Source: Monocercomonoides exilis PA203 (lineage: Eukaryota; Protista; Preaxostyla). From it: DNA of 64,000 nucleotides. The position numbers and the translations under genes are program-made. Shown here piece after piece: positions 56,145 through 64,000 of the stretch. The stretch spans positions 2,108,001-2,172,000 of the forward strand of contig LSRY02000002.1 in assembly GCA_001643675.2 (NCBI GenBank), read 5' to 3'. The notes under the pieces are model-generated. The model searched no databases, was not told where the DNA came from, and saw nothing but the letters and a program-made list of their open reading frames with translations. How positions within the stretch are numbered: position 1 is the first letter of the stretch; every line of letters starts with the position of its first letter.

Positions 56145-59100
56145 TCATTTTGCTGTGTATTCGAGAAGCTCTATGATTTCACTTGGGCTCATAATTCTGC
56201 TTTTCATATCAGGAACGAAGTTCAAGTAAGGCATTTCAGGGCAGCAAACGAAATGGTACATTTTCATGTACGAGCTTTCGACGATCTTCATGCACTTCCT
56301 CAACACCACGCGTCTGACGTCGCCGTCGGCAATCTGCTCAATCAGCTTTGTCTCTAAGCCACTCGAGCTCATCACACTCGAACAGAACCTGCTCAGCCCA
56401 AGAGTCACCTCAGACGCTGAACAGCCACTCACTGACAGAATATTCTCCATCCCATTCACATTCCATTTGAGCTCATTGGACGCGCTTTCCTGCTCCGTTT
56501 GACTAAAAACACTGTTTCCTTCTGCTTTTTTGATCTCTTCTTCAATTTTCTGTCTGTTTTTGCTGTACCAATTCACACTTTTGCTATAAAGACTCCAAAG
56601 ATGAGCATCCTGCAGCACATTTCCAGCTTCCAATGTTGAGAGAGAGTCTGTCTGCACAGCAAGATCAGCAGAAAGAGACAATCGTATCGATTCTCTGATA
56701 GGCGAGGGCTTTTGAGTGACTTCTTCCTTATTGTCATTTGTAATTGACTTGACTGGGGTAAGTGATGATAGCGTGTTCTGTGAAACAAAAAGATGATTAT
56801 CATCAAAATTGAATAACAAATTCAATGTATAAAACACAAAAATCAAACCAGAATTAATGAAATAGAATTGATGAGGAAGAGTGCTGATTGGTTGGTGGAT
56901 GAAAAACGAGAAGCAAAGTTGAAGCACAACAAACGACAAGGCATTAATATCATAGAAAGCATAACATCATCCTATTGTATCATTTCAGTTGGATTTTTAA
57001 ACAAATAAACATTAACAATATTTAACATTATTTAAAGATGTGATGTTTTATATCAAGCTGTGTGAATCACAAACCAATTTGGACTCCAGCTCTTCAACAA
57101 CATCAGCATCACTGTCATAATCTGTTATTACGACACCTTCAAATAAATCAAAAATAACAAAAATTTCCATTCAAAAAATAAACATGTTATGAACAAACCT
57201 TTAATATCAGTCTTCACCACACTGCTCTCTCTGATTTCTCTGTCTCTGCTGCACACATTCCCGATGATCCTGAATATCAGCCGCAGCAGCTTCAGTGTCG
57301 ATGCCAGATACGTCGACGCCTCAGAAGCAGAGGACGAGGCAGACGAAGCAGCCGAAGACGAGTTTGATTGAGATGCTTGTGCTGACATTGCAGTAGGCGC
57401 AGGCAGTGCAGAAGAAAGGGTGTCACCGAGTGTCGACAGAGAGGAGAAAAATAATAACATGGACTCCTCCACTTCTGCCCTCAGCTCATTGAATATGCTC
57501 GGAAGCGCTGACAAATAACGAGGCGGAACAACAGAAGCAGCTGCGCTTTTACGGCTTGCTTTCTTTTTCGCTTCTGCATTTTCTCTGCTTCCTTCTGAAA
57601 TAACATTAGAAGAATGCTCATTTTGTGAATGATTAGCAACACCCGAAGCATCCAACGGCTCAGGCAGATCTGATCCATCTGACGCAGAGCCAACAAGATT
57701 CTCGTTTTCAGACTCGTTTTCTTGCATGTCGATGTGGTTGATGGCAGAAGAAGATGAAGTGGCTGAAGCTGTCATCGAATATCGCTGATGCGCCAAGTTG
57801 CCGATGAATGCAAACGAAGAGGGACAAAACACAGACAATGGAACAATCACATCTGAAGTATATTTATCAGCGTTGGCTGCGACGATTTCGTTGAAGTGTT
57901 TGTGAAATGTTGCCGAATTGAAGCACAAATCAGTTATCATTTGAGATTCATTCGCTTCTGTAGACATCATTTGCTGATAAGAGTTAACAGAAGAAGAAGA
58001 AGAATTAGAAACAGAAGATGAATTTATTGAAGTTGAATTTGAAACTGAGGTAGAAGAAGAAGAAGAAGAAGAAGAAGAAGAAGAAGGTGATGATGATGAT
58101 GAATGAACAAACAGCGATACAGGAATCTCTGCAAAGTACCATTCTTTCAACTTATCAGCCAATCCAACATTTTCTTCACCTTCTTCAAATTCTCCTTTTC
58201 CTTCGAGGATGACATCTTGCATCATGCGATTCTTCGTCTTTTCGCTCGCTCCATTTTCAGATTTGCTTTCCACGCTGTTTTGTTGTTGCGCCTCACCAAA
58301 AATCATTTTGTGCAATTTTTGAGTGAAGAAATGGATGTTGCTGGCAAGTTGTAGAAGAAGCAGAACAGATGAAGTGAGTCCAGTGACAGAAGACAAAGAG
58401 ACAGGCGAATGGGCAGCGAGATTCGACGATGAAGACGGAGACGCTGAAGAAAGCGGCGAAGAGTTTGAGAGCAGAAACGGAAGCGGAACGGATTCTCCGA
58501 CACTCAATGAGCCAGACACAGCAGCCAGAAGCACAGACATTCTTGCCTGGATGATGTGGACAGCAGGCTCTACAATAGTCAAGAGACAGTTTGAGATCGG
58601 ACATGTTGTGAGAAGAGGAAGGTGTATAGACAGTTTGTCCGTTTCTTCTGAGAAGCTCTTTGAAATGGAAGATGTAGAAGTTGAAGTAGAAGAAGAAGAA
58701 GATGTTGATGATGAAATAGAAGGAGAAATATTTGGAAAGGCACTTGAAATATTTAATTTATTAACGGTGCTTGATGATTGAAAATTTGAACTTTCTGAAT
58801 GAGAAATAGTAATTTTGATGTGGCCTGTGTAAATCATCAGCATTGTCCTTGATTGCTCCAATGAAGATATTAATGCTTCAAACATCGAGTTGGCTGCCTG
58901 TAAGGGATCGTCAATCATAATGGCTTCTTCCTCAGCTGTCAAACCAAAATTGTTCTTCACTTCTTTCTTTGCTGCTCTTTTGTCTTTGCTGCCTTTTTCA
59001 GCTTCAAACTCTTTATCACTGCTTTCATTGTCTCTTTGTGTCACTCCATCTTTTCCACTGATTCTAACGCTGTCTAATTCATCCCCTTCTCTCCACTCGC

Positions 59101-60118
59101 TTCCCCTCCTCACTCTTTCTTTCAAGCTTTTTTCCATGCTTTGATAGAAGAACAACGATATAACTCCTAAAATCTGTCTTAAAGCCCATTCACGACTTTC
59201 TTCCCAGTGAAGAAGATACAGCATGCTTAAATAAAACCATTTTTGTTCTTCACTTAATTTTGAATCATCAACACACAAATTATCTTCCTTTTCATTTTCA
59301 TTATATGTCCATTTCTTTTTGTTTTTATAATTTTCTCCAATGGCTTCTATTGATTCTATGGGAATTAGTAGAACGCTTATTTGTTCTTTTCTTTCTTTCA
59401 TTAGATTGCATTCGTCTTCAACCCATTTTTGTAACCGTTTCATCGCTGTTGAATGAAGAATTCTTATGGATGACATTACGTCTCGGCAAGAATCATGTCC
59501 TCCTGTTGAAAGAAGATAAACACATTCCTCCTCCACACAAATAATGTGTGTAATAATTTGAAAAAATACGTCATCAACTTTCCCTTCATTTAATTTATCA
59601 ACCTCTTCTTTTCTAAATTTTGTTCTCTTGATGAATTTCTTTACAGACGATGTTACATCTTCAGATTCAGAAATTTCTTTATCAATTCGTTCAAACTCAG
59701 ATACAAACGGTTGAATTAATTTTTCAGTTTCAGAAATTAATGCTCCAATTTTACTTTGAGCTTGTTTTATATTACTGATTTCTGAATTAAGCTCTTCAAC
59801 CAAACGAAATGTTTCTTCAAATAATTCAAATTTCTCTGATAGTGAAGTAATTCCAGCTTTTTCAATTGTCGTTTGTAATGACAATTCATTTTCAAACTTA
59901 TCTGAAAGCAACGATAATGCAACATGGTTGCATTGAAAAACCAAATTGACAAAAAAGAAACATCACCAATAAATCAAAAAATCAAATTAAGATGCAAAAA
60001 AACGAGTTGCAAAAAGAATGAAACCTCCAATATTCCAAGACGAAGAAATGGATTGAGATATTTGGTCGTAATCCCCGCAATAATGTTTCAATTTTGCAAG
60101 AAAATCAATTGATTCCAT
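56145..60118 (-). CDS. COG6: conserved oligomeric Golgi complex subunit 6
   Basis: FRKEEVDKLNEGKVDDVFFQII…EECVYLL…MKRLQKWVEDEC and C-terminal …YMKMYHFV…SPSEIIELL match the COG6 N- and C-terminal blocks. Exon 1 from ATG 60118 joins through intron 59902-60024; several small introns at 56770-57200 are not fully resolved. Confidence 0.8.
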
Positions 60119-60215
60119 TCGAAAAAAGTTAATGGCAAATTGATCAATCAATTCTCAAAAGAACAAAAAGGGCATACTGATCTTCTTTTTTATCTTTGCT
60201 TTTTCTTTCTCTAAG

Positions 60216-63200
60216 ATGAGTAAACAATCACCAGGAACAACAAAACTGAATGAATGTTTGTTATATATTAATGTTAATTTAATTAAATGTTTAAAATATT
60301 TATATTCAAATTATAATGAACAAATAATAATATTTAATTTATTGCTGGGGAAATTAATTTATAAGTTCGTTTTCTCGATGAGAAAGAGAAAGAAGAATGT
60401 CCTTATGGCCTTAATGCTAAAAGGATTTCAACAGACCAGGATTGCGTCTTGAAAAAAATAGAAATACCTTTAGATGACTCCAACAGCCCTCTTTTAGTTA
60501 ATTATACTTCTGCATTAAGAAAATCAGTTAGAGTCAACTCAAAATTTCTCATTAGATTATTTGAATGGTTCGAAGAAGGTGAAGATACAATTTATATTGT
60601 TAATGAAAGTACGGAAGGGAAATCTCTAAGACAACTCTTATTCGAACAGTCAATCACAGGAAAACGATTTAGCAAAGATGTATTTTAATTTTCTTGCTTC
60701 TATTATGTTATTTTTCTTTCTTTCTTTTTCTTCAGGAATTATTACGTTTTCTCCTCGAGATGTTGAATGGAATTGATTATTTGCACTCTTTGGAATTAAT
60801 ACACGGAAATTTAATGCCAGAAACAATATTCATGACTTTAGATGGACATGTCAAAATTCGTGTGACATTATTTTTTGTTTTTTCCCCTCAAAATTTTAAA
60901 ACAATTTAGTAAACCTTAGCTACATGAAGCCAATTAATGCATCAGCAGATTTACCATTACCAATGTCATTTCAGTTTGTTTTTTTGATTGTTTCAAATTG
61001 TCATTATGCTTGATTTTTTTTTGAATAAATTAAAATTTCACTTATGATGAACAAAATGCAATTTTAAAGTCGGTATACCTCACCTGAAGTGCAAATGGGA
61101 GAAAAACCAACAACAAAAGCCGATATGTGGTCTATTGGTCTTATCTTATATGAAGTGGCGACAATGGAGTACTTTGATCACACAGATAATCAAGCAGAAA
61201 GCAGCGCATCCAAATCAAACGCAATAATACAAAGTCTAACAGGAGCAAATATTCCTTCTGAATACAAAAAAATAGTAGCCTCACTTTTATCAGAAGTTTG
61301 ACATTTATTATGTGAGATGTTTTCACTCACTTGCTTTATTATTAATAAAAAAATTCAATATTCAAATATTACCATTTCTTTGCCATTGAATCCAGGATCC
61401 GACAAAGCGACCTTCGTGCCAAGTGCTTCTGAGAAACCCGTCTCTTGTGAAGGAGTCAAAATTAATGAACTTTGACTCCACAGCCGAGCGGCTGGACAAA
61501 TTGGAGAAGACAAACATCACACTGATCACAGCACTAGACACAGCTGATAATCGCACAGAGCAAATCGAAGAAAAACTGCGAGAGACAGAAAAGAAGAGGA
61601 GGCTTGCTGAAGAGAAGCTGAAGAACATGGAGGACGACCTTACGAGGCTCAGAGAGGAGAATGAAAAGCTGGCGAAGGAGAAAGAAGAGGCGATGAAAGC
61701 GCAGAGTGAGGAGATGGACATTTTGAAGGCGATGAACGAGACGATTGTTGCAGAGAAAATCGAAGTGGAGGAGAAGCTGAAGGAGGCAGAGGCAGAAAAA
61801 GAAGAGATGATGAAGATTGTTGTCGACAGTGCTGCTGGTGTAGACGAGGAGAAAGCAGCCAGCCAAGCACTGAAAGACAGACTGAAGGAAGAGGAAGAGA
61901 AAAGGCGCTCTTTGGAAGAGGAGATTGTTCAGCTGAGAACAGAAAGTGAACAAACAACCGATTCTGAACAGTCAAAGCCGAAAATGGAGTTTGAAAGCGA
62001 GATTGAACGAGTGAAAGCAGAGGCAGAAGAGAAACTGGCTGAAAAGGAGAAGGAAGCAGAGGAGCTGAGGCGGAGAATTGGCGAAGCAGAGAAAGAAAAC
62101 GAGGAGCTGATTGAAGAAAGAGGGGATTTGGAGCGGAGGGTGAGTGAAAGCGAGAGGGGGAGTGTGAACATGAAGATGAGGATCAAAGAAGCAGAAGAGG
62201 CAGCGGCGGAGGAGAAGATGAAGGCGAGGGAGGCGATGGAGAAACTGAGGGAGGAAGAGGAGAACCGAAGAGACATCGAAGAGAAGAAGCGTGCAATTGA
62301 GCAGGATCTGATTGAAGTCAACTCGGAAATGGAGCGAATGCGGGAGGAGAACGAGAAGCTGATGAAGGAGAAAGAGGAAGAGCTGGCTGCGCTGATGAAG
62401 AAGCTGAAGCAGACAGAACAAGAACGCAATGACTTGATAGAAGTGCGAGATGGAACGCAACTTGAGTTGGATGTGACGAAAGATGCGAAGGCAGAACTGG
62501 GAAGGCAGCTGCAGGAGAAGAGCGAGATGGTGGAGAGGCTGAAGAAAGAGCTGAAAGACGCCGAAGAGCAAAGTGCGAAGGAGATGGAGACGATGAGCGG
62601 GATGGCAGAGATGATCCGGCTGGAAGAAGTGGCAAAGACGAAAGACGCGCTGGAGAAGCTGGGCAGCACTGAGGAGAAGCTGGTGGCGGCAGATGAGCGA
62701 GGGAATGCGCTTGAGAAGGAGCTGAGGCTGACGAAGGAGGAGATGAACGGGCAGATTGCAGAGCTTACAAATGCCAATGAAGAGTTGAAGAAGAATTTGA
62801 GTGATGTGAATGGAGAATTGAATATTCAGGTGCAAAAATTAAGAGAGACAGAAAATAAATTGACAGAAGAAGAGGAATCAAGAAATGAGTTCACTCGAAA
62901 GTTTGAAGAAGAAAGCAAAAGAGCAAACAACCAGGAAGAATTGTTCAAAAATGAGGAGGCGAAAAGAATTCACTTGGAAGACGAAATAAAAATGATGAAC
63001 AACCAAAAAGCAGAATTAGAGAATCAGATTGCGAACTTTGTGAAAGAACTTGCAACTGAGCGGGAAAATATCAACCAACGTGACAATCAACTGAAAGAGA
63101 AAGAGAACACGATCAACGAAATAACACAGAAATACCAGCAGACGCTTTCTTCACTCAACAATACAGAAGAGCAATTGAAAGCAACTCAAACAGAACTCTC

Positions 63201-64000
63201 TGATGTCAAAGCGACAAACAACAATCTTTCAATGAAATTAGCAGCAGAAGAGGAAAGAGCAAAAGCAGCTGAGCAAAGAGAAGCTGCTCTGAATGGAGGA
63301 AAAGCAGAACTTGAGCAGACACTCCAGGAAATAAACAAGCAGAGAGCGAATGAGAACGAAGAGGCAGCAAATACAATCAATCAGTTGAAGCAAAAGGAAC
63401 AAGAAAAGATAAAAGAAATGGAAATGTTTAAACAAGAAGCAGAAAAGACAAAACTTTCATTGACCAAACAGATTGAGAAAGAGCAAAGTGAAAAGAAAGA
63501 ACTTGAAGAGAAGCTGAACAATGCACAAGCACTCACAGCTGCTGCTAACCTCAAAATTGCATCTGATTTGGAGGAAATGCATCAATTAAATGCAAAAATA
63601 GCAGATCTGTCGAATCAGATGGAAGAAGAGAAGAAGAGAGAGATGGAGAAAGAGAAGCTTTTGAACCAAGAAAAGGGAAATTTGGAATCTCAACTGAAAA
63701 CAATGGAATCAAACTATGAGGAAGCCACAAAGACAATCGATGCTCTTAAAACAGAGATTGATGCGTCAAAGAAACACAATGAAGAATTGGAAGAGGAGAA
63801 AAAGAAGCTGACAGATGAGCTTATATCAAAAGAGAATCATATAACTGAGGCTGAGATGAAATTGACAGAGAAGGAAAAAGAAGCAGCTGAACAGCAACAA
63901 CTTGCAAGCAAATTTGAGAATGAAGCGACAAAATTGAGAGAAGAGAAGGAAAATGTGGAGAAGCAATGCGAAGAAGCGAAAGAAGAAGTTTCTGCAATCA
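60216..64000 (+). CDS. NEK-like pseudokinase followed by a long coiled coil; runs off the window end
   Basis: Spliced exons: CVLKKIEI, LFEWFEEGEDTIYIVNE, GIDYLHSLELIHGNLMPETIF, YLTPEV, KADMWSIGLILYE, DPTKRPS. The last exon from 61396 is open to 64000 with E/K-rich heptads and is absent from the ORF track because it has no stop in the window. Confidence 0.85.

Noticed and set aside
58053-58101. (GAA)n/(GAT)n repeat as a non-coding element
   Set aside because: It encodes an in-frame poly-Ser tract of COG6.

Overview
Gene-dense, AT-rich, intron-containing eukaryotic (protist) chromosome segment using the standard genetic code; TAA, TAG and TGA all end genes. Short GT-AG introns and very long Ser/Glu/Lys-rich exons resemble an oxymonad such as Monocercomonoides, but this taxon call is inference only. 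Genes rebuilt by hand-splicing: Pho80-type cyclin, RAD5/RAD16-family SNF2-RING helicase, SCAPER-like giant protein, LRR/coiled-coil protein, CaMKK/GRIK-like kinase, multi-pass membrane protein (possibly TRIC-like), USP10/Ubp3-like deubiquitinase, ERp38/PDI-D-like protein, RCC1-repeat protein, a probably myristoylated helical protein, intron-containing tRNA-Met, COG6 and a NEK-like pseudokinase with a long coiled coil. The one gene-free interval (about 50.0-55.6 kb) holds a decayed Merlin/IS1595-type transposase that the ORF track misses and a 398-bp fold-back MITE with Tc1/mariner-like ends. The most striking structural observation is a head-to-head gene pair, with ATGs 29 bp apart, whose first introns are both 47-nt, phase-1 GC-AG introns with the same donor G|GCATGCAAA. 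I found no clear multi-gene novel system. All homology calls come from motif recognition by eye, not from database searches.
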